Shown here: positions 10,286 to 18,390 of the stretch, one piece after another
How the letters are laid out: the number at the start of each line of letters is the position of its first letter
How positions within the stretch are numbered: position 1 is the first letter of the stretch
Origin: Methanoregula sp.
GTDB lineage: Archaea; Halobacteriota; Methanomicrobia; Methanomicrobiales; Methanospirillaceae
Assembly: GCA_039698055.1 (NCBI GenBank)
Contig: JBDKTL010000027.1
Location: 64,001 to 128,000 of the forward strand
Direction: 5' to 3'
DNA length: 64,000 nucleotides
Translations under genes and position numbers: made by a program
The notes under the pieces: generated by a model
Databases searched by the model: none
What the model saw: the letters and a program-made list of their open reading frames with translations, nothing else
Told to the model about the DNA's origin: nothing

Positions 10286-11446
10286 ATGGAAGAGACCGCC
10301 GTCAATAACGCCACGCCTCAGTCCGAGCTCAAATACCAGATACAGCTCAACGAGCTCGAGGCAGCGCTCCTTGACCTCAAAGTCAAAACGGAAGATCTCC
10401 AGAAGGAGAACTCCCAGCTGAAACGGGAAAACAACCAGCTCAAGCGTATGCCGCTGTTTGTTGCCGTTGTTGTGGATATGCTGGAGAATGGTGAGATCTA
10501 TCTCCGCCAGCAGGGTAACAACCAGGAGTACCTGACCCACGCGTCCGATGAACTCCGCCTGCAATTAAAACCCGGTGTAAAAGTAGCCGTCAATAACGCA
10601 CTCTCGATCGTGAAAGTGATCGGCAACGTGTACGACTCCCGTGTCCGTGTCATGGAACTGGAAGAATCCCCGGACATCTCGTACTCGCAGATCGGTGGCC
10701 TGACCGAACAGATCAACGAGGTGCGGGAAGCCGTGGAATACCCGCTGACCAAACCCGAGATCTTCACGCGTGTCGGCGTCGAACCGCCAAAGGGCATCCT
10801 GCTCTACGGTTCACCGGGAACCGGCAAAACCCTTATTGCAAAAGCGGTTGCCCACGAAGCCAAAGCAAGCTTCATCCGGATGTCCGGCAGCGAACTTGTC
10901 CACAAATTTATCGGTGAAGGTGCGGGACTGGTCCGCGAACTCTTCGTGCTTGCCCGCGAACGTGCGCCGGCGATTGTGTTTATCGATGAGATCGATGCGG
11001 TTGGCAGCATGCGGACCAATGACGGAACTTCCGGGAGTGCCGAGGTCCAGCGGACGCTCATGCAGCTCCTTGCCGAGATGGACGGGTTTGATAACCGGGG
11101 CGATATCCGGATCATGGCGGCAACCAACCGGGTGGACATGCTCGACCCGGCGCTGCTCCGGCCCGGCCGGTTTGACCGGCTCATCGAGATCCCATTGCCC
11201 GACAAGAGTGCACGACTCGATATCTTAAAGATCCATTCACGGAAGATGAACTTAAACAACGTGAGCCTTGAATCCATTGCTGCGATGACGGAAAATGCGA
11301 CCGGTGCAGAACTGCAGGCCATCTGCCGGGAGGCGGGCATGCGGGCGGTGCGCCGGGATGCAACCGCAATCGGGATGACAGACTTTTTGGAAGGCATCCG
11401 CAAAGTCAAGGCAGAAACCATCACCGATACCCGTATGTATACCTGA
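10286..11446 (+). CDS. pan: Proteasome-activating nucleotidase (paralogue 1)
   Basis: N-terminal coiled coil and OB fold, [22 protein letters not shown], and C-terminal HbYX (MYT). Confidence 0.93.
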   Translation: MEETAVNNATPQSELKYQIQLNELEAALLDLKVKTEDLQKENSQLKRENNQLKRMPLFVAVVVDMLENGEIYLRQQGNNQEYLTHASDELRLQLKPGVKVAVNNALSIVKVIGNVYDSRVRVMELEESPDISYSQIGGLTEQINEVREAVEYPLTKPEIFTRVGVEPPKGILLYGSPGTGKTLIAKAVAHEAKASFIRMSGSELVHKFIGEGAGLVRELFVLARERAPAIVFIDEIDAVGSMRTNDGTSGSAEVQRTLMQLLAEMDGFDNRGDIRIMAATNRVDMLDPALLRPGRFDRLIEIPLPDKSARLDILKIHSRKMNLNNVSLESIAAMTENATGAELQAICREAGMRAVRRDATAIGMTDFLEGIRKVKAETITDTRMYT

Positions 11447-11494
11447 TACGGGCACGGTGCCGGTGCCCGGTTTTTACCCGAGGGGGATGTCCAG

Positions 11495-11989
11495 ATGAAT
11501 ATTCTTTTTATTCAGCGGGAAGGTATCGATCTCCACCACACTCTTTTTACATCTGAAACAAGCCGGCTGATTTTGCGTTTCTACCACCCGAAAAAAATGC
11601 CCTGCGGCGTATCGATCACAGTGGCTACGCTTGGGAGCGCCCTGTCGCTGGCCTCGGAACTGCGCTGGTATATCCGGCGCTATGCCCGCGAAGTCCTGTT
11701 TGAAGTGGAACACGGGATTTTCTGTACGCATCACCTGGCGCAGGAAGTCTATTACGAGCGGGCGGTGATCCTTGAAAACCCGTGGGGGTTCCGCAGGCTC
11801 TATGGTTTTAAGGGAGGGTCCCTTGTCAGCCAGGTGGTGATGACCCCGGGTTCCACGACTGAAGAGTATCACCAGGATGTGATCGGCGTCGACACGACGA
11901 TCATTGTCTGGTGCACGGAGGATGAAGTGGAGGATATCGGGGAAATAATCCCACTTGAAACTGCCGGCGAGGAACTTGCGGACGAGTAA
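11495..11989 (+). CDS. Conserved methanogen hypothetical protein (DUF5804-like)
   Basis: LFTSETSRLILRFY and ALSLASELRWYIRRY motifs recognised. Lies between the two pan genes. Confidence 0.65.
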   Translation: MNILFIQREGIDLHHTLFTSETSRLILRFYHPKKMPCGVSITVATLGSALSLASELRWYIRRYAREVLFEVEHGIFCTHHLAQEVYYERAVILENPWGFRRLYGFKGGSLVSQVVMTPGSTTEEYHQDVIGVDTTIIVWCTEDEVEDIGEIIPLETAGEELADE

Positions 11990-12078
11990 CGGGACATGCA
12001 TATTTACTCGGGAAATGCCTTGCGGATTTCCCAAAGTTACCAACGAAAAAATCTATAAAAAAATAAAAAAAATCCGGC

Positions 12079-13389
12079 TTACGCAAACATTACGCCTTCG
12101 CCGCCCGGAAGACCCCGGTTGAAATCGAGCCGGACTTTTTCAATTGCCGCAAGGAAATCCTCCTGGGTGATGGTCGGGCGATCCTTACGGATTGCGAACA
12201 TGCCCGCCTCCATGCAGATTGCGTGGAGATCCGCACCATTCTTTCCCTCCGTGAGCTGTGCGATAACCGAAAGGTCGACCGAATCATCGATGGTAAGGCC
12301 ACGGGTATGGACTTTCAGGATAGACAACCGTCCTGCATCGTTCGGGAGCGGGATCTCGATAATCCGGTCAAACCTGCCGGGCCGGAGCAGGGCACGGTCA
12401 AGGATGTCGATCCGGTTGGTGGCACCGATAATCTTCACGTCGCCCCGGTTCTCAAAGCCGTCCATGCCGGCAAGGAGCTGCATGAGCGTCCGCTGCACTT
12501 CCCGGTCTCCCGAGGTATTTGCATCAGTCCGGGATGCACCCACCGCATCGATCTCGTCAATAAAGATAATCGTGGGCGCCTTTGTTTTTGCCATGTCGAA
12601 GAGCTCGCGGACGAGCCGGGCGCCTTCACCGATATATTTCTGGACCAGTTCCGAACCCACGACCCGCATGAAGTGGGCATTGGTTTCGTGGGCGACGGCT
12701 TTTGCAAGCAGGGTCTTGCCGGTCCCCGGCGGCCCGTGGAGGAGCACTCCCTTGGGAGGTTCGATCCCGATACGGGTAAACAGTTCAGGCCGTTTCAGCG
12801 GAAGCTCGACGGCCTCCCGGATCTCGTTTATCTGGTCGTCCAGTCCCCCGATATCCGCATAGTTTTCCTGCGGGGAATCCACGAGCTCCATCCCGTAGAC
12901 CTGTGCATCGAAACTGCTGGGCAGCAATTCGACGATTGCAAGGGACTGCTGGTTCAAAGTGCAGCGTGCTCCCGGTTTTAGGTCATCCGCACTGATATTG
13001 GGGGAACTCCTCACCAGAAATCGTGGCCCGGCACTGCTGCGCACGATTACCCGGGATGCATCCACCACGTCCACGACCGTGCCGATAATGAGCGGCGGGC
13101 TCCTCAGCTGTTCGCTCTCGCTTTTGAGTTTGCGGACTTCCCGCTCGTACCGGATCTTCTGGGTCTCGATATAGCGTTTGTCTGCTTCAACCTGGCGCAA
13201 CTGCTCGCGAAGTTCAAGGTTGCGTGATTCAAGATTGCCGACCCGGTCGAGCATCTGGACTTCGAGCTCGTGCTTGTCGGTCTCTATCTGCTGGAGCTGT
13301 TCCCGCAACTGTTCGGTCAGCGAGCGATAGAGCCTGTATAATTCTTCTGGTGTCTGCGGTTCTGCAGATTCACGGAGTGTGTCGGCCAT
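12079..13389 (-). CDS. pan: Proteasome-activating nucleotidase (paralogue 2)
   Basis: Long coiled coil, [24 protein letters not shown], and C-terminal MFA. Confidence 0.95.
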   Translation of the reverse strand: MADTLRESAEPQTPEELYRLYRSLTEQLREQLQQIETDKHELEVQMLDRVGNLESRNLELREQLRQVEADKRYIETQKIRYEREVRKLKSESEQLRSPPLIIGTVVDVVDASRVIVRSSAGPRFLVRSSPNISADDLKPGARCTLNQQSLAIVELLPSSFDAQVYGMELVDSPQENYADIGGLDDQINEIREAVELPLKRPELFTRIGIEPPKGVLLHGPPGTGKTLLAKAVAHETNAHFMRVVGSELVQKYIGEGARLVRELFDMAKTKAPTIIFIDEIDAVGASRTDANTSGDREVQRTLMQLLAGMDGFENRGDVKIIGATNRIDILDRALLRPGRFDRIIEIPLPNDAGRLSILKVHTRGLTIDDSVDLSVIAQLTEGKNGADLHAICMEAGMFAIRKDRPTITQEDFLAAIEKVRLDFNRGLPGGEGVMFA

Positions 13390-13443
13390 CCGTTCCTCAA
13401 TTAGCTATATAGGGAAATCTGGATATAAAGTGTTTGTGAGAAT

Positions 13444-13953
13444 ATGCAGTGTGAAATGTGTGGAGAGACGATCCGCGGCGCCCCCAAGCTGATCCGCGTC
13501 GAAGGGGCTGAACTGCAGGTCTGCAGCAAGTGCGGGAAATATGGCACTGAGGTTCAGCAGCCACGCCGGACGGATGTGCGGCAGATGACTGCACGGCCAA
13601 CGCCCGGTGCAAAAGGGCCGGTGGTGCCGGGCACGGTCCAGCGAAAACGGGATATGTTTGACTATATGGGCGGCGATATTGTCGAGGATTATGCGGAACG
13701 GATACGAAAAGCCCGCATGGCAAAGGAACTCTCCCAGAAAGATCTTGCGATGCAGATGAAGGAAAAGGAGCTGCTGGTAAAGAAGATCGAGAAGGGGGAG
13801 CTGATCCCGGAAGAGGATGTCCGCAAGAAACTGGAAAAACTGCTTGAGATAAAACTGATTGATACGACAGAAACAGAAACAGAGAAAAAGACGCAGGGTC
13901 AGATCACCCAGACGCTGGGGGATTTGACGATCATCAAGAAAACCAAAAAATAA
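13444..13953 (+). CDS. Archaeal multiprotein bridging factor aMBF1
   Basis: Zn ribbon (CEMCG..CSKC), Cro-like HTH, and C-terminal TLGD. Confidence 0.93.
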   Translation: MQCEMCGETIRGAPKLIRVEGAELQVCSKCGKYGTEVQQPRRTDVRQMTARPTPGAKGPVVPGTVQRKRDMFDYMGGDIVEDYAERIRKARMAKELSQKDLAMQMKEKELLVKKIEKGELIPEEDVRKKLEKLLEIKLIDTTETETEKKTQGQITQTLGDLTIIKKTKK

Positions 13954-14382
13954 TTTTTTATAAAAAATTTTTCGGCCGGCCGGGAAATTTTTTTTTGTGC
14001 TCCGGAATAAAACCCGTTGTTGATAAAAATTTTAAAACGCGTTTTCCTTTTTTTCCTGCAATGCCCTGAATGGTTTGCCAGTGTGCCCTGACGCTTACGG
14101 GTGCATCTCCACCCATCGGGCATCCCTGATATCAGGTTCTTATGGCATACCTGATTATAGCAGGATTAAGGAGGGTAAGGGGTGCCCGGGAGATGCTCTT
14201 TTCCGGGCCCAATCCTGCCCCGGATTACCAAAAACCGGCACCTGTTTCCGGGTAATGGGGGATCGGGTGTCCACCGCATGAAAAAAACCTGTTTTAATCG
14301 GCCTGTTTGCCAAATAGCCTTATTTTATCGGGATTTTTACCTGCTCTTTATCGGGCTTCCAGCGGCATTTTTTTTGGACCCA

Positions 14383-14456
14383 TAGATTATGAGGTTGCGG
14401 GCGATAAACGGCCTGAAAACAGGGTCTGTGGCCCACGGTTAATTTCACGTCGGAGA
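14383..14456. repeat. 74-bp direct repeat, copy 1
   Basis: TAGATTATGAGGTTGCGGGCGATAAACGGCCTGAAAAC...TTTCACGTCGGAGA. 68/74 identical to 14700-14773. Confidence 0.95.
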
Positions 14457-14569
14457 ACGTGGGGTAATTACCTCCCCCAATGCCCGATTCGATCCACCCG
14501 GGACACGAGACCTGGCATGATCGTTTCTCCGACGTAAGACCCGTACGGATGGCAACCCCTTGAGGAATC

Positions 14570-14581
14570 TCCAGTGGAAAC
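14570..14581 (+). promoter_or_regulatory. ORB-like core TCCAGTGGAAAC (possible Orc1/Cdc6 site)
   Basis: Matches the archaeal origin recognition box core. It is a single copy with no G-string, and no cdc6 lies nearby. Confidence 0.3.
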
Positions 14582-14699
14582 GGTGTTGACGCCCGGCAAA
14601 AATCCTGTTGTAATTCGTTATTTTCCAAAAATAACTGTTTTAATCAGGAAAAAACCGGCCAATGTATCGGGTGTTTTTTTGGCACGTTTTTCCGGTACG

Positions 14700-14773
14700 T
14701 AGATTATGAAGTTGCGGGCGATAAACGGCCTGAAAACGAGGTCTGTGGCCCGCTGTTGATTTCACGTCGGAGA
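14700..14773. repeat. 74-bp direct repeat, copy 2
   Basis: 6 mismatches versus copy 1, offset 317 bp. Confidence 0.95.
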
Positions 14774-15164
14774 TTTTTGGGAATTTGGGGTTTTTCCCTG
14801 GTATTGTTGCTTTTGGATTTTGGATGACGGGAACTGTGCCGGTTTTTTTATGCTGGTGTATCCGGATTTTTCCGGGAATATTTTTTTAATTTTTCTTTTA
14901 CGCTGAAATGGATTTTCCGGAAAATATTGTTCGCATCAAAAAAAATTTTAGGTTTTGTGTTTTTTGGCAATTTTTAAAATATTGTGAACATGTGAAGCGA
15001 TGTTCCCGGAATTTACGATCAGACCCGAACGGGAAAAATTGATGCGATATTTGGTGATACACGTTTTGGGAAAAAATAAAATGGGGATTTTACTGAAAAA
15101 ATTTTTTCACTCAACGCCGCCCTTATGTCCCAAAAAGCCAACTCTCTTTGAAGAGGAAAACGAC

Positions 15165-15485
15165 ATGGACCGCAGGATCAGAAACCTCACATACTTTCTC
15201 GTCATTCTGGCGCTCGTGGGCACCGTGTCCGGTGCCGGGTACGTTGCGGCAGAACAGGCAGGTAGTGCAGTACCGGCAAACCATCCGGTGGCATCAGCAT
15301 TTCACGGCGACAATGGGATAAGCCGTATCGCCGGGGAGCATGGCAGCATCAGTGGTCTGCATATGAAGTGTTATTTCCCGATATGGAGACTGCCCGAGTA
15401 TTATATCTGCATCATGTTCTGCAAGCTTGGTGGGCATGGTGATGCATGTCCTGCCACGTGCGAAGCACGCTACACGGTCTGCTGA
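15165..15485 (+). CDS. Small secreted protein with C-terminal 6-Cys domain
   Basis: GAGG upstream of the ATG and signal-like MDRRIRNLTYFLVILALVGTVSGA. C-x12-C-x3-C-x8-C-x3-C-x6-C at the C-terminus. 9-bp inverted repeat (15485-15493/15522-15530) after the stop. Confidence 0.7.
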   Translation: MDRRIRNLTYFLVILALVGTVSGAGYVAAEQAGSAVPANHPVASAFHGDNGISRIAGEHGSISGLHMKCYFPIWRLPEYYICIMFCKLGGHGDACPATCEARYTVC

Positions 15486-15553
15486 CCTGCACCAGTACTG
15501 GCGGGTGAATTTTCGTTGGGCGGTGCAGGTATTGGGGGGATCACCCCCCCACA

Positions 15554-15562
15554 TTTTATATA
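15554..15562 (+). promoter_or_regulatory. TATA box, probable promoter of the aromatic operon leader
   Basis: TTTTATATA. Expected TSS near 15585, about 240 nt upstream of the first gene. Confidence 0.65.
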
Positions 15563-15627
15563 CCCCCCAAACCCACCAGTAAGTATGCAGGGTGAGTGTT
15601 CAAGCGCTCGTGAGGGTTTTTTTGCCC

Positions 15628-15762
15628 GTGAATGTCGTTATCACCACTAGTTCCACGCCCGCCCATTGCATCAGCATAACCGTTTCTGAAAAATCATTCA
15701 ACCACGGTACCGTCTGGTATCGCGTTTTTGCCTTTTTTGGCTTTTATTTCTGGTATCTGTAA
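15628..15762 (+). CDS. Putative Trp/Tyr/Phe-rich leader peptide of the aromatic amino acid operon (start uncertain: GTG 15592/15610/15628 or TTG 15622)
   Basis: [44 protein letters not shown]. 10 of the last 15 codons are aromatic. GAGGG at 15612-15616. Confidence 0.6.
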   Translation: MNVVITTSSTPAHCISITVSEKSFNHGTVWYRVFAFFGFYFWYL

Positions 15763-15763
15763 A

Positions 15764-15806
15764 CCCCCTGGTTCGCTTTTTAGAAATCTGGTGCGAAATC
15801 AGGGGG
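15764..15806 (+). promoter_or_regulatory. GC-rich hairpin between the leader stop and the first gene's SD
   Basis: CCCCCTG-G-TTCGC (15764-15776) pairs with GCGAA-AT-CAGGGGG (15793-15806). GGAG at 15809-15812. Confidence 0.7.
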
Positions 15807-15821
15807 ATGGAGTTGTTTGTT

Positions 15822-16613
15822 ATGAGAGGAAAAGAAATTCGTCTTGAAAGAATCATTAACCGGAATACGAAAAAAACCATCATCGTACCGATGGATCACG
15901 GGGTCACCAACGGCCCCATCCCGGGATTAATCGATCTCGGGCAGGCAGTCGATCTCGTTGCCGATGGCGGGGCAAATGCAGTGATCGGGCATGTCGGGCT
16001 CGCCCTCTACGGCCACCGGCAGAGCGGGCGGGACATCGGCCTGATCCTGCACCTGTCGGCGAGCACGTCCATCAGCCCCGATCCCAACGAGAAAGTACTG
16101 GTGAATTCCGTCACCAATGCCCTCAAGATGGGCGCCGATGCCGTTTCGATGCATGTCAATATCGGGGCAGACTCGGAAGCCCGGATGCTTGCCGACCTTG
16201 GAAGCGTTGCGGTCGAGTGCATGGAGTGGGGGATGCCGCTCCTCGCGATGATGTACCCGCGGGGCAAAAAAATCACCAGAGACAACGATGTCGACCAGGT
16301 AAAACTCGCCGCACGGGTGGCAGCAGAGCTCGGGGCGGACATTGTGAAAACCGTGTACACGGGCGATCCGGAATCCTTCCGCGAAGTGACCCGGGGTTGC
16401 CCGGTGCCCGTGGTGGTAGCCGGAGGTTCAAAGACGGATGACCGCACAACACTTGAATTAATTGAAGGTGCGATGGCAGGCGGTGCAGCCGGTATTTCTA
16501 TTGGCAGGAACGCATTCCAGCACCGGAGCCCGGCAAAGTTTGTCCGTGCGGCGGCATGTATCGTGCATGCGAACAAGAGTGTCGATGAAGCCATGGAACT
16601 GTTGAAGGTGTGA
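15822..16613 (+). CDS. aroA': 2-amino-3,7-dideoxy-D-threo-hept-6-ulosonate synthase (DhnA-type class I aldolase, MJ0400 family)
   Basis: [21 protein letters not shown] and AGGSK. First gene of the aro operon. Confidence 0.88.
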   Translation: MRGKEIRLERIINRNTKKTIIVPMDHGVTNGPIPGLIDLGQAVDLVADGGANAVIGHVGLALYGHRQSGRDIGLILHLSASTSISPDPNEKVLVNSVTNALKMGADAVSMHVNIGADSEARMLADLGSVAVECMEWGMPLLAMMYPRGKKITRDNDVDQVKLAARVAAELGADIVKTVYTGDPESFREVTRGCPVPVVVAGGSKTDDRTTLELIEGAMAGGAAGISIGRNAFQHRSPAKFVRAAACIVHANKSVDEAMELLKV

Positions 16614-16617
16614 ACAA

Positions 16618-17403
16618 ATGATAGGTAAAGAGATCAGGATTGAACGGATCATGGACCGGAACACCGGCAGGTCGGTCATCGTGCCGATGGACCACGGTTT
16701 TTCCATGGGGCAGATCGAGGGCCTGCTGGATATGACCAAAGTCATATCGGACGTGAGCGAAGGCGGGGCAAATGCGATTGTCCTGCACAAGGGAATGGTG
16801 AAACGCGGTCACCGGAGGCACGGCCGGGACATCGGCCTGATCGTCCACCTCTCCGGCAGCACGACAATGAACCCGGACCCCAATGACAAGGTGCTCGTCT
16901 GCACGGTTGAAGAGGCGATTGCGCTTGGCGCCGATGCCGTTTCGATCCACATCAATCTCGGGGCGCCCAACGAGTCAAAGATGCTGGAGTCCGGGGCAAA
17001 GATTGCCCGGGACTGCAACCGGTGGGGGATGCCGCTCCTGATCATGTGCTACCCACGCGGAAAAGGCATTGACCCGGTGTCACCACAGGCAATTGGCCAC
17101 TGTGTCCGTGTGGCCGAGGAACTGGGCGCTGACCTGATCAAGACCAATTACCCGGGGAACACGGAAGCGTTCCACCGGATCACAAAAGCGTGTTCGGTGC
17201 CGGTGTTCATTGCCGGCGGCGAAAAATCCGGCGACCTTGAGACCTTGAAAATCATCCGGGACTCCGTCCATGCCGGGGGTGCCGGTGTCTGCGTGGGACG
17301 AAACGCGTTCCAGCGCGAGGACACAAAGGGATTTGTCCGGGCGCTCTGCCAGGTAGTGCACGGGGACACGGAGCCTGAGGCTGCGCTGGGGCAGGCGAGA
17401 TGA
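16618..17403 (+). CDS. Second DhnA-type class I aldolase (aroA' paralogue or DKFP-forming aldolase)
   Basis: PMDHG, LHKG, LGADLIKTNY and GRNAFQ. Clearly paralogous to the previous gene. Confidence 0.82.
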   Translation: MIGKEIRIERIMDRNTGRSVIVPMDHGFSMGQIEGLLDMTKVISDVSEGGANAIVLHKGMVKRGHRRHGRDIGLIVHLSGSTTMNPDPNDKVLVCTVEEAIALGADAVSIHINLGAPNESKMLESGAKIARDCNRWGMPLLIMCYPRGKGIDPVSPQAIGHCVRVAEELGADLIKTNYPGNTEAFHRITKACSVPVFIAGGEKSGDLETLKIIRDSVHAGGAGVCVGRNAFQREDTKGFVRALCQVVHGDTEPEAALGQAR

Positions 17404-18386
17404 AACTGTTCTGGGTCGATGTCCGGCCGTGGAACAAGGATATCGCGACGAGTGCTCTTGAGAGCGGGGCTGACGCGCTGATGGTCGATCATGCGGAGGA
17501 CGTGAGAAGGCTTGGCCGGATTACCACCATCGCGCCCGATGGCGACCTGAAAACAGGCACCGATGTAGCCGAAGTCACCATCACCGACAAGGCGAGCGAG
17601 AACGAAGCGGCAAAACTCGGGAACACCCGGTTTGTGGTGGTGACCACCCGTGACTGGACCGTTATCCCGCTGGAGAATCTCGTTGCACAGTCCGACCGGA
17701 TAATCGCGAGCGTTAAAAACCTTCACGAAGCAGAAGTCGCCCTGACGGTTCTTGAAAAAGGCGTCCACGGCATCCTGCTCAAAACCACCGACCCTTCGGT
17801 CGTACGATCCGTTGCGGCACGGGTAAAAGCGCAGGGCAGTACGGTAAACCTCGTCCCGTTCACGGTCACCGCAATCCGCCCGGTGGGGATGGGCGACCGG
17901 GTCTGCGTGGATACCTGCTCGATGCTGTCGGATGGCGAGGGGATGCTGATGGGCAATACGTCGTCTGCGATGCTGCTCGTGCATGCCGAAACCCTTGAAA
18001 ACCCGTACGTCGCGCCGCGCCCGTTCCGGGTAAACGCCGGCGCCGTTCATGCGTACATCATGCTGCCGGAGGGAAAAACCGCGTACCTTTCCGACCTGCA
18101 TGTCGGCGGGCAGGTGCTGGTATCCGACGCAGCCGGATCGGCAAAGACGGCGATCATCGGGCGGACAAAGATTGAGCGCCGTCCGCTGCTGCTGGTTGAA
18201 GCAAAAACGGATACCGCAAAGGTCAGCCTGATCCTCCAGAACGCCGAGACCATCCGGCTCGTGAAAGAAGACGGGAGCGCAATCTCGGTGGTAAATCTCG
18301 CGACGGGCGACCGTATCATGGGATGTGTCCTTGAAGGAGGCCGGCATTTTGGCATGGCCGTCAAAGAGACCATTGTTGAGAAGTGA
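17400..18386 (+). CDS. aroB': 3-dehydroquinate synthase II
   Basis: WTVIPLENL, GDRVCVDTC, RPFRVNAG, QNAETIRL and GRHFG motifs. Confidence 0.95.
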   Translation: MKLFWVDVRPWNKDIATSALESGADALMVDHAEDVRRLGRITTIAPDGDLKTGTDVAEVTITDKASENEAAKLGNTRFVVVTTRDWTVIPLENLVAQSDRIIASVKNLHEAEVALTVLEKGVHGILLKTTDPSVVRSVAARVKAQGSTVNLVPFTVTAIRPVGMGDRVCVDTCSMLSDGEGMLMGNTSSAMLLVHAETLENPYVAPRPFRVNAGAVHAYIMLPEGKTAYLSDLHVGGQVLVSDAAGSAKTAIIGRTKIERRPLLLVEAKTDTAKVSLILQNAETIRLVKEDGSAISVVNLATGDRIMGCVLEGGRHFGMAVKETIVEK

Positions 18387-18390
18387 CGCG

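Noticed and set aside
14562-14584. GAGGAATCTCC resembling the RNase P RNA GAGGAAAGUCC motif
   Set aside because: No matching 3' P4 strand was seen, and the downstream sequence is AT-rich.
14320-14628. 102-aa minus-strand ORF across the repeat
   Set aside because: All differences between the two repeat copies are non-synonymous in this frame, and it has no motif.
14383-14773. Direct repeats as a CRISPR array
   Set aside because: Only two copies, 74 bp long and 243 bp apart, with no cas genes.
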